A stretch of 63,938 nucleotides of DNA, filler included, from Nemertoderma westbladi (lineage: Eukaryota; Animalia; Xenacoelomorpha): NCBI GenBank assembly GCA_032718475.1. It is 5 parts of 5 records of this genome, joined end to end, with 100 filler letters (N's around TTAATTAATTAA, not from the genome) between each part and the next. Parts side by side here need not be neighbours in the genome. Positions count along the whole stretch, not along the records: positions 22,649 to 37,625 come from JAUCBJ010004523.1; 4 more parts are not named here. The stretch is one strand, 5' to 3'. Shown here in pieces: positions 25,059 through 37,725 of the stretch; positions within the stretch are counted from its first letter, which is position 1; each line of letters begins with the position of its first letter. Below the pieces are notes generated by a model. The model made no database searches. It saw only the letters and a program-made list of their open reading frames with translations, and was not told where the DNA came from. Position numbers and translations under genes: made by a program.

Positions 25059-26315
25059 ATGACTTCCGATGTCGACAACAACGACCCTTCGTTGCAATTC
25101 GCCAATTTCAAACAATTGGATCACACGATATCCTGTCCGATTTACACATCTATCCTGAAAAGGAAGTCGGGTTGTTCTTCTATTTGTATCAGCGCGGATG
25201 AAGATCTATCCTATTTGGAGGAGGAATTGGGCGATTTGTTGGAAAACGTTAGCCATAGGATGCGGGGATTAGAGCAGGAACGACAGCTGCTGGTCGACTG
25301 GATGGAACACAACGCGCTTTCGGGCAACGACAAACACCTACTATCCGATAAATCATTTACAAATAAACTGATCCCCATTAAAAAGAAAATCAAAACGGAC
25401 GTTCAGAGTAAATTAAAAGTAAATAAACATCTTTATGATTCTGAAATCTCTAGTCTTGAGTTACCAATCTCACGATTTTGGAGCGAAGTTAATGAATTTT
25501 GTCGGGATATAACTAGCGAGGATTGCGGAGTTCTTGAGAATTTATTAAAATCGTCTCGTAGCCGCGAATCGGACGAACGCAGCGATAAGGACAGTTCGCT
25601 TTGTTTAACGGCGTTCGCTAAATCCTGGATCGGAGACCCGAACGCGTCGCAAACTAAACCCGGGAAACATTTCCCGTCCAAATCCAACGGGTTTAATTCG
25701 TTGCACGAGGATTCGACGAGACTCGGGCGACTCACCGTCGAGCTGCTGCAGTCGCTCGTGAGCGACAAGTCGAAACTATTGGTAGCCTCGACAACCGGCG
25801 ACAATCAACACCCTTCGAAACAACGACTAGCACACGGGATTTCCGCGAGGCATTCGTCTACGTTGGAACACAGAATCCGGGACGAACTGATTACCCAGGG
25901 TTTTCTGGATAGCGACAGCGAGAGCGAAGAGAAGACGGCCGAGCACAAAGAGAACCCATTCGTGGGCGAGCTTAATCGGTTGAAACGCGAGTGGGAGGCG
26001 TTGCAAGGGAACAAACGAGAGCTGGTTGGCCGCGCGTTGGACCTGGCGCAGACTGAGTGTCGGAGGAGTCAGCTAAGAGATACTGGATCCCTATTGGACG
26101 ACGAGGTTCTGGAACATTACTCCAAGACGATAATCGCCAAACAGCGTAAGAAACCGTTGAGTAAGAAGGAGGTGGACATGGCGTGGAAGTCGTTACGAGA
26201 AAGGGAAGCGGTTTACCGGTTGGTCGATTGTCTCACGAGTAAATCGTTGAAGTCGTCGACGCAGAGTATTTCCGACACTAAAACCATAAACCGTGCAATC
26301 AATAGCAATAGCTAG
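25059..26315 (+). CDS. TADA3: Transcriptional adapter 3 (Ada3/NGG1; SAGA/ATAC HAT module), single exon, 418 aa
   Basis: Colinear match to recalled human TADA3 blocks: LQF.NFKQLDH..CP.YT.IL, FWSEV..FC.DITSE, LEHRIRDELI.QGFL and RKK...KKE.D.AWKSLRERE. Confidence 0.9.
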   Translation: MTSDVDNNDPSLQFANFKQLDHTISCPIYTSILKRKSGCSSICISADEDLSYLEEELGDLLENVSHRMRGLEQERQLLVDWMEHNALSGNDKHLLSDKSFTNKLIPIKKKIKTDVQSKLKVNKHLYDSEISSLELPISRFWSEVNEFCRDITSEDCGVLENLLKSSRSRESDERSDKDSSLCLTAFAKSWIGDPNASQTKPGKHFPSKSNGFNSLHEDSTRLGRLTVELLQSLVSDKSKLLVASTTGDNQHPSKQRLAHGISARHSSTLEHRIRDELITQGFLDSDSESEEKTAEHKENPFVGELNRLKREWEALQGNKRELVGRALDLAQTECRRSQLRDTGSLLDDEVLEHYSKTIIAKQRKKPLSKKEVDMAWKSLREREAVYRLVDCLTSKSLKSSTQSISDTKTINRAINSNS

Positions 26316-27089
26316 TGTTTTTTTTACTTAGGCCTAACATCTCCCTAAATTGTCATTCTCTTCTGACACCGGATTAAACCTCCCTCTCCCCCGCCCATAT
26401 TTTTATACCAATGTTTATCGTATTGCAGACGGGTTACAGTATAAATTCCAACTAAAACTGTATATTAACCCTCCATCGCGGCCATTTTTATAGGTATTAT
26501 AAAGCTTCCGTTACGGGAGTGGTTAACTAATTAACTAAAAATGTTCATTCCCTTATAGAAGACTTCGTTTTACCCAATTTCATTGACATTTAGTACACGT
26601 GTATAGAATAGTTAGATAAAAAAAATTCAAAAAAGTTTTTTTTTTGAACTTTTTAATTTTTTACCTAATTAACATAATTTATGCAATTATTTTATAAAAT
26701 GCAAAGGCTTTTATAGGGATGGTCATTAAGTGCCCAAATTGTCATCATTATTTGTGGACAATTACATACATCGTAAATCGATTGTATTATCACCATGATA
26801 AATGCTTCTGTTCAAAAATTATTTTAAAAATATCGGTACCGGTTTTTTTTGCCAGATTTTGCCCTTTTTGACCAAAAATTGACACATTATGTTAAATATT
26901 TCAGCTATAGCAATGAAAATCAAAAAAAGGTGTAATAGAGGGTGTTAAGCATCATCCATTCATCATTCGTGCCCAGTTCCACAAGAATTCATTTATTTTT
27001 AGAAAATCCTTTGCATTTTGAAATTTAAAATTTGCATTCTTAGGGTTAGGGTCATTTAATCAATTCAAATGTTAGAATGCACTGCACAC

Positions 27090-27780
27090 AACCCAGCTGA
27101 AAATTTTATTGCAAGGGTTTTCCGGGTCGTTGATTTCATTTCTTAAGTAAGTTTACTCATTTGATAGAATCATGTCTGCTGTCATTGCTGTCTGTCTGTC
27201 CGTCAAAATAAAACCGACATCTGAACAGACAAACATCAATGTGGATGACATCAAACACGCAAACTGACATTGGAAATGAAATCAGCAACCATGAAAATCC
27301 CCGAAACAAATTTTTTGCTAGTTGGTATGCTATCCTATCACTTTGACAGACAGATCGCTAGACAGACAGAAAAACCGTCAGACAGACACACAGGCGTAGT
27401 AGGTTTTTCCCAATAACAAGACTTTTATCTGTTCGAATGCTTTCCATATATTATGACAGACAGACAGGCGACATACAGACAGACCGACAATCAGACATAA
27501 TAGACTTCACTAAAAATGAAAACTTACTTCAGAAATGAAATCTGCGACCAAAAAACCACAACAAAGAAGTTTTAGCTAGGTGATATGATGTCCTTATATT
27601 TTGACAAACAGATCGTTGGATAGACTGACAGACAAACATAATAGTTTTCGTTTGAAATGAAATCAGCGACCAGGGAAACCCTCATAACATAACTTTTAGC
27701 TATAAAGAATGCTTTTGTTATATTTTGACAGACAAACCGTCAGAACCACAATCATAGACCAGACAGCATTCACAGACATT
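27090..27780. repeat. Degenerate tandem units with GACA microsatellites (GAAATGAAATCAGCGACC..TTTGACAGACAG); related copy at ~48850-49140
   Basis: Motif GAAATGAAATC(A/T)GC recurs at ~27273, ~27532 and ~27654, and a similar motif occurs at ~49015. Confidence 0.6.
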
Positions 27781-29014
27781 TATGAAGAGTAAGGTTAACA
27801 CCATCACTCATAACTTTTGAACTGCATTATTTAGCTATTAACAAACGATTAGTGGTAGTGCCAAAGTACATTAGGGTTGACCCAGTAGCTGGTTGGCTGC
27901 GGATTTTTCGTACTGACGTATTGGGGGGCCGTAAGGATATAAATTGTGGACATACAAGGTATCAAGTAGTGTTTCCTTCCAGGTTTACCTTTTATCTGCG
28001 CCACTATCAGAATGGTTAGAGTCCCCCACGCAGTTATTTGTCCTGGACGTGTTATCTAACCTATAAAGGGCTCACCCACCCGGCGGGACGTTAGCTTAAT
28101 TAGAATAATAATTACTTTTTATTTATTGTTTACATTTATTTAGCTGGTTTAATTTTAATTAAAACTGAATTAGTAACAAGTACTGTATTATGTTTTATAT
28201 ATAATGTTTTATGTTTTATTTATTATTATTATGTTTTCTAAAGTAGATGATGGGGACTCTCAATGCAATCAAAAGTCATCCCTATCCAGGGAAAACTCAA
28301 CAAATCCTATAACAGTTATGATGAAATTAAGTTTAGTTGAAATCGATTGAAAATGAAACTAACCTATGCTATTGCTTCTCCTATATTATTTGGGTAAGAA
28401 TAACATGTCACTGTAACCTGTTCCTTTTCGATAATTAGTATTTTATTGATATTAATATTGTTGATTCACAGAGACAGGATATTTGTTGTTTATTCGCCGA
28501 GAAGGGATTTGTTCTAATAGACCAACCCCCACCACCCCAGGAGCCCTTAAAATTACTAGAATCACTATTTCCTGATTGGTTTTAAACCTAGCCTAAACAT
28601 ACCTAGCAACGCCATCAGCTGTTTTCAATATGCTATATTGCATGTTTAGAAGTGGCCCTTAAAACTACTAGAGTAACTATTTCAGGAGCCCTTAAAACAA
28701 CTATAAACACAATTATTCAGATTAAATTTGAAGGAGTTACATATCAGGATGCAGTAAACCCTACAGTACTCAAACACCGTCCAGCCCGTAAATTCCATTT
28801 TTTATAACGCCCAGATTGGAATTCGCTTTCATTTCATAAATACAGAACCTACCTAACCTACAGCCCTACAGCAACCATTTCCTCTTGGTTCGCTTTCATT
28901 GTACAGTATTAAAACGATGCACAGTATACTGTACAGTTGAATATTATATTGTCAATTGAAAATTAAACGACTTTTATCTGCAACTCTCCACTACTCCACT
29001 ACAACTTCTTCATT

Positions 29015-32000
29015 ATAGATAGATAGATAGATTTATTTATACATTATGTAAAAACAATAACAAATACACCAAACAATGTACCGGTATAAAGGTATTGTCC
29101 AACATAACATATAGGATTACCCCTAAAGCTTTGCAGCTTATTTCCAAGGGGGTCCTTTATGTTACTTGGTTACAAATACAATATTACACTACGCTAACCT
29201 AAAACCAATATAAAACGTAATTACACTATGTACGTGTACAACTTTACCGAGAGCGTGACAATGCCCGACTCAACGATAAAGATGTAATGTACAGAACAAT
29301 TTATTATAAAACGTAATTACAGTATAAATAGTAAATAATTAATAAACTAATAACTTACTGTAGGACTATTGTACCTATTTTTACATTGCACACGGAGGTG
29401 AGATTTAACTGCAGATTTAAAAGAATGTTGATTATTTAGGTTTTTAATTTCATTAGGCAGAGCGTTCCAATTTTTTATGCCGTTAAAAAAGAAAGTATCA
29501 GATTCAAAGGATTTACAATTCGGGAGGTAGAAGTTTGAAGCACTAGCTCTGGTACTGTAAGAGTGTGTATCGCGTACTCTGTTGAATTTTTGTTTTAGGT
29601 AATTGGGACATTTACCATTATACACTTTATGCACATGGTTAAGGCGTAGCTGCTTAACTCTACTATCTAAGTTAAGTAGTCCAGATTCAGAAAAGTCATC
29701 TGGAGTTAGGTGGTGCCTAGGTTTGTAGTCTTTAATAAATCGTACTACTTTATTCTGAGCTACTTGTAATTTACATTTAAGCTGTTTGGTTACGCCTTCA
29801 TACCAAGAAGCGCATGCCTAGTCCATGTGACACTGTATTAAAGAAGAGCAAAGTAACTTGCGGGAGTCGGTGTTCAAACTATTTTTATTTCTGTATAGAA
29901 ACCTAAGCCTACTGTTAACTTTCGAGAAAATATTTTTCACTGTACTTTCTCCTGATAAGCAGTTATCCAATGTGGCGCCTAAATATTTAACTTCCTTTTT
30001 ATTTTCAATCTTATGTCCATTACTAGTGACTTCAAACTTAGTTACCTTCTTTAACTTTCTTTTGGAACCAAACAAAATACTTTCAGTTTTACCGTAGTGA
30101 ATGGATAGCTTATTATCAACCAACCACTCATTACAGGATTCTAGAACTGCACTTAACTTTTGGGAAATATGGATAGGATCTTTATGAGAGAAAATAAGAG
30201 CATTGTCGTCGGCATATAAAATGAGTTTAAAATCGGGATCTATACTACTTATCATATCATTTACATAGCATACAAAAAGCAGAGGACCTAATATACTACC
30301 TTGCGGTACACCACAGGTAATCTCTTGTACAGTAGACTGCGATTTGCTAATGACTACGACTACAGTTTGACCTCTGTCTGACAGGTAGGACTTGAACCAG
30401 TCTATAGAACCTACACCCATCAGGCCTAACTTACCAAGCAGAATTTCGTGATCTACAGTATCGAAAGCCTTTTGTAGGTCCAACATTACCATACCAGTAT
30501 ATAAACCCTTTGCGTTATTACATCTAATTGTATCAGTTAAGTTAATAAGGCAGGTGTCTGTAGAATATGATTTACGAAAACCGGACTGAAGTTCATAGAT
30601 CAGATTTAGCCTACTAAGATGTGCCTCCAGCTGTAGAAAAACAGAACGTTCTAGAATTTTAGATACAATACTTAAGATACTAACAGGTCTGTAATTACAG
30701 GGTTCTACTTTACTATTCTTTTTATACAGAGGAACAACCTTAGCTAATTTCAGTTCGTCTGGTACTACATTATCTACGATAGAGTAATTAATAATAAAAG
30801 TAATAGGCACTTTAAGTACTTCAGCACCATCCTTAAGAAAACGGGCAGGTATTAGGTCTAGACCGGTACTTTTTGAGGCTGATAGGCTAAGTAGATTTTT
30901 AAAAACGAAATCCTCAGAAACGGGTTTTAAAAATAACTTTTCTGAATTTTGTAACTTTTCTAAATAAAAATTATTTAGAGTTTCGGACCCTATACTATAT
31001 TTATTACTTGATAACGGTAACTTCTTAACTAAATTAGAGGCAACATTAGTAAAATAATTATTAAATAAATTACTAACTAGAGTATGATCATGAATCAGCT
31101 CACCGTTATCTTGCAGAACAATATTCAATTTAGATTTAAGGTTTTTATAACCTAAAGATTTTAGGGTAGACCATAGACTTTTTGGATTATCTTTATTCTC
31201 ACTTATTTTGTTGTACAAATATTCAGATTTAGCTTTTTTTATTTCCCGTTGGACAAGGTTTCTATATTTGCAGTAATTATTATAATCAGCTAAAACACGG
31301 TATTTCCTAAATTTATACAAATAGTTATCTCTTTCTCTGATATTACTAAGAATACCCGAGGTCATCCAGGGCTCAGTGCGTTGTTTAAGACTAATTTCTT
31401 TAATTGGTGCTACAGTATTAAGTGCCTTTAAAAATATATCTTTAAAAACAGTGTACGCAAGGTTAATGTCAGCGGCCTTAAAACAGGGTTCCCAGTCAGA
31501 ATTAACTAACAAACTTAAAAAGCGTTCCTTGCTGTAATTTTTCATAGACCTAACTGTTACTGTTTTATGATCCCCGAAAAAAGATTTTTGTGTCTTTCCC
31601 TACGATTAAAAGCTAAATCACATCGAATGTACGTACAGACACCACCACCGTGTCTGTCCCTATCCTTACGTAAAACTACGTAATTATCAATATAAATTTC
31701 TCCATCAGAAACACTATCATCGAGCCAAGTTTCAGAGATTGTTAAAACTGCTGGGTTGGATTTATTGATTAAAATACGAATTTCGGAAAGTTTTGGAAGC
31801 AGAGATCGTGCGTTTAAGTGCAAAAAATGCAGACCTTTTTTCTTAAAAAAATTAAAAGTTTCACTCTCAGCATCACTTGGAGTTTGCAGAGGCGATGTGA
31901 GAAATGAATCGTCGGTTTCTGATTCTAAAATTGTATCATGAAAGGGAAGTTCGGTAAAAATACAGCTATTGCAGAGAAAACTTGGTTCAAGATTGTTTCT

Positions 32001-32480
32001 GGTGGAGAATAAATTACTGCGTTTCCTACGGTAACATTTTAAATGTACAAATGTGTCACAACTCTCGCATTGGACGATCTTACTCCGAGAGTTTGTTCCT
32101 CGTTGACAGACGGGACAGTTGATCTCCGGGGCCCGCGTCCTGCTGGGTCCTGGGTTGGTCTCAATATCCCCAGCCAGAGACAGTAGACAGAGTTTAGCGA
32201 TTAGGCCTCTAGATCGTGGAGAGGAGACCCAAGATCTTCTTCCCCGACGAGAGCAGTAGAGGCTAAATCCACTCGTCGACCACATCTCCGTCGATTCGGC
32301 GCGGCAGTTCGAAACGGTAGCGACAGGGTGTTCCGCAAACCAGTCCAATACGGGTATTGGGTGGGTTGCAGGGTTACCCCGCGGATCGGATGGTTCTGCC
32401 ACAACGAAACGACCCAGAACGATGAAAACTGTGGAGATTAAGAGCGGGGACATTGTGCTGTCTGGCTGTAGTCTGACTCA
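29015..32480 (-). mobile_element. Near full-length CR1/L2-group LINE: 2A-like peptide, PHD finger, APE (internally deleted), RT; (TCTA)n tail
   Basis: GDIETNPGP; CPVC..CESC..H.KC..CNSC PHD; HLNARSL, SETWL and GGGV APE motifs with the C-terminal half missing near 31595; [20 protein letters not shown] and YADD; premature stop at 29818. Confidence 0.92.
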
Positions 32481-33619
32481 GGGATAAAAACTGTATAGGC
32501 CTAGTACCGGTATCTTTCTTGGTCTTATTGTCGGCAGGCCTAGGTAGCTAGTCTGATGGAAGCGAAGAAGGGTATGGACAACCATTGTTGTTTGTATACA
32601 AACGTATAGCGAACTGCTTTGGACATTTTTTGGACCCGGGCCGTTTCCCAGTATTGAATTGAATCCACAATTAAAATTAAATAATATCTGTGTAGTAGAA
32701 CTTTATTAAATTTGTGCATCGTGTGTTAAGGATGGTAGGGAAATCCTGGCCTTTATACAGTAGTTTTTCCGGTTTTTCCTAATTACGATGTAATTACTCT
32801 CTTCATCACCTCATTTCGGTGCGAATTTTGAGAGTTTTTACCCTGTGCAATGTGTGCCAAGTGTGGTCTGTTCTAAATTGATAAACATGTATGATGTAGG
32901 CCTGTACTATATGTACAGTACTAACAGTAGTAAGGTCTATTTAACTAGTCCATTTTGTACTGCACAAGAGTACTGCAGGAGTTACTGCAGTTAATACAGA
33001 CATACTTTGTCAGTTCTGTCACTGGCCCTGTGTTACCGGATATTGACTCTAGTTGTTTTATAAGGGATTCCGAAATAGTGACTTTAGTATTTTTAAGGCC
33101 TCTGCTACATGGAATTCTGCCGTCTTAAGGCAGAATGCCCTATCTCAAAATTTCAAAATTTTTATTGTACAGACCGGCCTAATTTAAGGCGCTCTTTCAA
33201 ATGAAACCAAGAAATACGATGGTTTATATGCAAGAAAGTCATATTTTCCGAGTTTAAAACACCCTATGCTTGATCCTCAGCCCTGTCATTTAAAGGCAAT
33301 CTAAAATATGGTACATAGGGTATTTTGACTTAGTAACACTTTTATTCAGTTTACCTTACATTTTAAATGTAGGGTGTTTTTCCTTATAATAGTGTTATTT
33401 CCTATTACTTATGCTTAGATATTGGAGGGAATTTCAGTTTGTTCGCATTTACATGTGGGCAAAATACCCTAGGAAAGGGTATTTCCCTACTTACTGACTC
33501 TATAGAATCTCAATTCAGTTGATTAGGAATATACAAAGGCAATGGAATTGGAAGACACATTTTACGGCTTCAACTTGGATGAGGATATTGGAGGTGGTGT
33601 TTTAGCTTAGGTGGCGGTG

Positions 33620-34355
33620 GACTGTGGGGAGGATATGTGGCTGTGTGTGGAGGATAATGTGGCTGTGGGGAGGCGGGAGGATATGTGGCTGTGTGAAGAG
33701 GATATGTGGCTGTGTGGGAAGGATGTGTGGCTGTGGGAAGACGGGAGGATATGAGGCTGTGTTGGGAGGATATGTGGCTGTGTAGGGATGATATGTGGCT
33801 GTGTGTGGGGGATATGTGGCTGTGTGGGGAGGATATGTGGCTGTGTGGGGATGATGTGTGGTCGCAGGGAGGAAATATGACTGTGGGGAGGCGGGAGGAT
33901 ATGTGGCTGTGTAGGGAGGATATGTGGCTGTGTGGGGAGGATATTGGGCTGTGTGGTAAGGATATGTGGCTGTGTGGGGAGGATATGTGGCTGATTGGGG
34001 AGGATATGTGGCTGTGTAGGGAGGATATGTGGCTGTGTGGGGAGGATATGTGGTCGCAGGGAGGAAATATGGCTATGGGGAGGCGGGAGGATATGTGGCT
34101 GTGTGGGGAGGATATGTGGCTGTGTGGGGAGGATATGTGTGTGTGGGGAGGATATATGTGGCTGTGGGGAGGATATGTGGCTGTGTGGTGAGGATATGTG
34201 GCTGTGTGGGGAGGATATGTGGCTGTGTGGGGAGGATATGTGGTTGTGTGGGGAGGATATGTGGCTGTGTGGAGAGGATATGTGGCTGTGTGGGGAGGAT
34301 ATGTGGCTGTGGGGAGGATATGTGGCTGTGTGGGGAGGATATGTGGCTGTGGGGA
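33620..34355 (+). repeat. G-rich ~21-bp minisatellite (GGGGAGGATATGTGGCTGTGT)n
   Basis: Direct tandem array; explains the low-complexity ORFs at 33706-34484. Confidence 0.95.
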
Positions 34356-34778
34356 GTCAGCTTATTGAAGTGCAATGCCACTATGTGCATCCCACGTCCA
34401 GTGGCTCAACCCAAAGGAGTTCCCATAGACAGAGTCAATGAATTGATTCAACGACTTTGGCAAATAATTCCAAGAAATATTTGAAATTCGTTAGTTAAAG
34501 TGTGATGGTGAACTGAACATGTAAATAATGAAGGACTGCACTTCAAGGCAAAGTAGACTGAGTTTGATTTTGGCGGACTAGGTTTTGGAAAACTGGTCAC
34601 ATAGTTATACAGTAGCTAGCTAGAATATTTCTAAAAAAATTTGCGGGCAAATATGTAACTATCTATAATCGATTCCAATGAGTTTAGTTTGAGTACATTA
34701 CATTCATGGAATGGTAGGCCTAACCATGATGACGTTACCAGGCAACCAATTATACAGCAATTATCTGCTGTTTATCTC

Positions 34779-35510
34779 ATAGATAGATAGATAGATTTAT
34801 TTATACATTATGTAAAAACAATAACAAATACACCAAACAATGTACCGGTATAAAGGTATTGTCCAACATAACATATAGGATTACCCCTAAAGCTTTGCAG
34901 CTTATTTCCAAGGGGGTCCTTTATGTTACTTGGTTACAAATACAATATTACACTACGCTAACCTAAAACCAATATAAAACGTAATTACACTATGTACATG
35001 TACAACTTTACCGAGAGCGTGACAATGCCCGACTCAACGATAAAGATGTAATGTACAGAACAATTTATTATAAAACGTAATTACAGTATAAATAGTAAAT
35101 AATTAATAAACTAATAACTTACTGTAGGACTATTGTACCTATTTTTACATTGCACACGGAGATGAGATTTAACTGCAGATTTAAAAGAATGTTGATTATT
35201 TAGGTTTTTAATTTCATTAGGCAGAGCGTTCCAATTTTTTATGCCGTTAAAAAAGAAAGTATCAGATTCAAAGGATTTACAATTCGGGAGGTAGAAGTTT
35301 GAAGCACTAGCACTGGTACTGTAAGAGTGTGTATCGCGTACTCTGTTGAATTTTTGTTTTAGGTAATTGGGACATTTACCATTATACACTTTATGCACAT
35401 GGTTAAGGCGTAGCTGCTTAACTCTACTATCTAAGTTAAGTAGTCCAGATTCAGAAAAGTCATCTGGAGTTAGGTGGTGCTTAGGTATCTGGAGTTAGGT
35501 GGTGCCTAGG
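34779..35510 (-). mobile_element. 5'-truncated second copy of the LINE at 29015-32480
   Basis: Nearly identical to 29015-29720, including the (TCTA)n tail; short tandem duplication of ATCTGGAGTTAGGTGGTGC at the truncation point. Confidence 0.95.
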
Positions 35511-36139
35511 TGCTCATGTTTTTGAATTATAATTTGCACTACTGTATTTACCAAAACCCAATCCTTAACTACACAATTCCAAGTATAAATTCCACCCTGC
35601 AGTATATCATTTGAAGATATTAAACTATTTGACCAACTCTTGATAGACAAAACACCCTATATCAGCGTTCAGTTTAATTTTGCGCCAATATTTTCGAGGC
35701 AAAACACCCTATAAAATCTTTTCAGCATTATTTAAGCTCCCAAATCACAAAAGTTGTGCATCTTGCATTTGAAATTCTAAGTTAGTATATTTGGGTGACT
35801 TGCAATTCCAATTCTGGTATCCAGGTAGCTGTATAACATACTTGTAGAAGAGAACGCGTTTCGTTAAATTACTCAAAACACAATTTTTGGAGATAGGGTA
35901 TTTTGCCTTCAAGACGGCAGAATTACACCATGTCCTGGAATATAGTCTTCGTAATTCAGTGGCAAGGATCCCCCCCCCCCCCCCAAATTTTTCTACAAAT
36001 CTTGATGATGATGTGAAACATGGATAATTTTACCTACCTTTCTCCTTATTTTTTTATTTTCGTTTTCAATTTAGCGCACACCGCAGTTATTCTTCACACC
36101 TTTAGTGGAAAGCTGACCGTGCAAGGATTCCAAATATGT

Positions 36140-37068
36140 AAAAATATTTGAATTTGGTTGGGAAATACCTGAGTTATGGAGATTCGAATGTTGCATGTAG
36201 TTGCTAACGCTACAGGCCATTAATTCTATTTAATAAATACACCATGTTCTAGAACATTTTGTTTATCTAATATGTAGCTTGGCAACAATGCAATGCGCAT
36301 GTAATAGTTTTATAGACTTAGTTAATAGACTGCAGTTTTCAAGCCTGGTTCTAGGCTGGTGTAAAGTGATCAAGGGCATCTAATTAGATTTTGCTTATTT
36401 TTCTTTCAAGATTACACTTACATAAGTTTATATCACGTGCTGCGCGAAGGACCCACTTCAGGTATAATATGGTTAAGGTTAAGTTACAACAAATTATAGC
36501 TATGGATACCAGCGCAACCCTCAGCGCCAAGCCTTTTAGCTGCGAGCTGGCTCCCAAACTACAAGCAAATAAGCAATGGGTCAACAACAAACAACCCCTC
36601 CACCCTGGTAGCCAATGAGAGAACCTAGAGCTTTCGAGTATTTTTAGTAATTACAGGTACATTAGGTAGGTATAATGTCATGTAGTTATAGAATTGGACC
36701 AAATTGAATGGTGGGGAGTCAGGTCAGGTCAGTGGGCAGGTGTATGTGAATCCAATAATATTGATTACCAACAATATTATTATTAATTAATTGCGAACAA
36801 GGCGAGTAAACAATATATGGCTGGGGGGGCAGTGGGACTTCTCTGGGGGGGCAGTGCCCCCAAAGCCCCCCCGCACGATACGGGCCTGAATAGTAATAAT
36901 AGTACGTAAGCCGTGCAGTACATGGATATTCGTTTCGTACATAAACAAAATGTTCTAGAACATTGTGTATTTATTTAATGGAATAAATGGCCTGCAGCGG
37001 TAGCAAATACATGCAACTTTCGAATGTCCATATCTCAGGTATTTCCAAACCAAATTCAAATATTTTTA
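36140..37068. mobile_element. MITE-like element with ~125-bp inverted arms
   Basis: 36141-36266 is the imperfect reverse complement of 36941-37067; related pieces occur inverted at ~50490-50580 and ~50913-50940. Confidence 0.6.
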
Positions 37069-37192
37069 TTCCAAAATTGTAACCTTATTCAGCGCCGTCA
37101 GTATTAACAGCGAGTTGTTATTTAGCACTTTACAACTTTAGAGGACATTACAGTATTGTATTGGCCTGTACATTTAGTATTGTATTTTGTGT

Positions 37193-37283
37193 TATTGTTT
37201 ACGTGGTAACCCATGACGGCGTTAAGTAATGTCCACTAAGGGGACATTACTTAACGCCGTCATTGGATACCACGTAAACAATA
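37193..37283. repeat. Near-perfect hairpin with ~42-bp arms
   Basis: TATTGTTTACGTGGTA.CC.ATGACGGCGTTAAGTAATGTCC, short loop, GGACATTACTTAACGCCGTCAT.GG.TACCACGTAAACAATA. Confidence 0.9.
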
Positions 37284-37625
37284 GGTGGAAATTTGCCTGG
37301 CAGCCAGATAGGCCTACTGCATTACCTACCGGTAGGCGAGGTATAGCTATTAATAACCAGTAGGGCCTAGCTATATTATTATAACATGGCTCCAAACGCC
37401 GCGATAAATATAAGCTAACTTATTTATAACATAATTTATGTCATTTTTACATTTATTTATACAGCAACTAATATAATTTGTCTATCACTAACTATCACTT
37501 ATAATGTATATGTACAATCATTTCGTAATGTTAAAATTTTGGAATAAAACTACATACATACTTGTTGCAAAGTACTTTACAGTGTTCTGATCCTCGTGGC
37601 TTTATTTTCACTCACTCACTAACGT

Positions 37626-37725
37626 NNNNNNNNNNNNNNNNNNNNNNNNNNNNNNNNNNNNNNNNNNNNTTAATTAATTAANNNNNNNNNNNNNNNNNNN
37701 NNNNNNNNNNNNNNNNNNNNNNNNN
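37626..37725. other. Artificial contig-join spacer
   Basis: N44-TTAATTAATTAA-N44. Confidence 0.97.

Larger units (their letters stand above)
33108..35932. mobile_element. TIR-bounded non-autonomous DNA element containing a minisatellite and a LINE fragment
   Basis: AATTCTGCCGTCTT(G)AAGGCA.AAT.CCCTATCTC at ~33113 and inverted at 35883-35925; no clear TSD. Confidence 0.6.

Noticed and set aside
32550-32625. Possible hammerhead ribozyme near the LINE 5' end (CTGATG...)
   Set aside because: Lacks the CTGANGA...GAAA core and the required stems
33706-34484. Cys/Trp/Gly-rich ORFs (EDMWLCG, GRICGCV repeats)
   Set aside because: Open in several frames only because the minisatellite lacks stop codons; no splice or domain evidence
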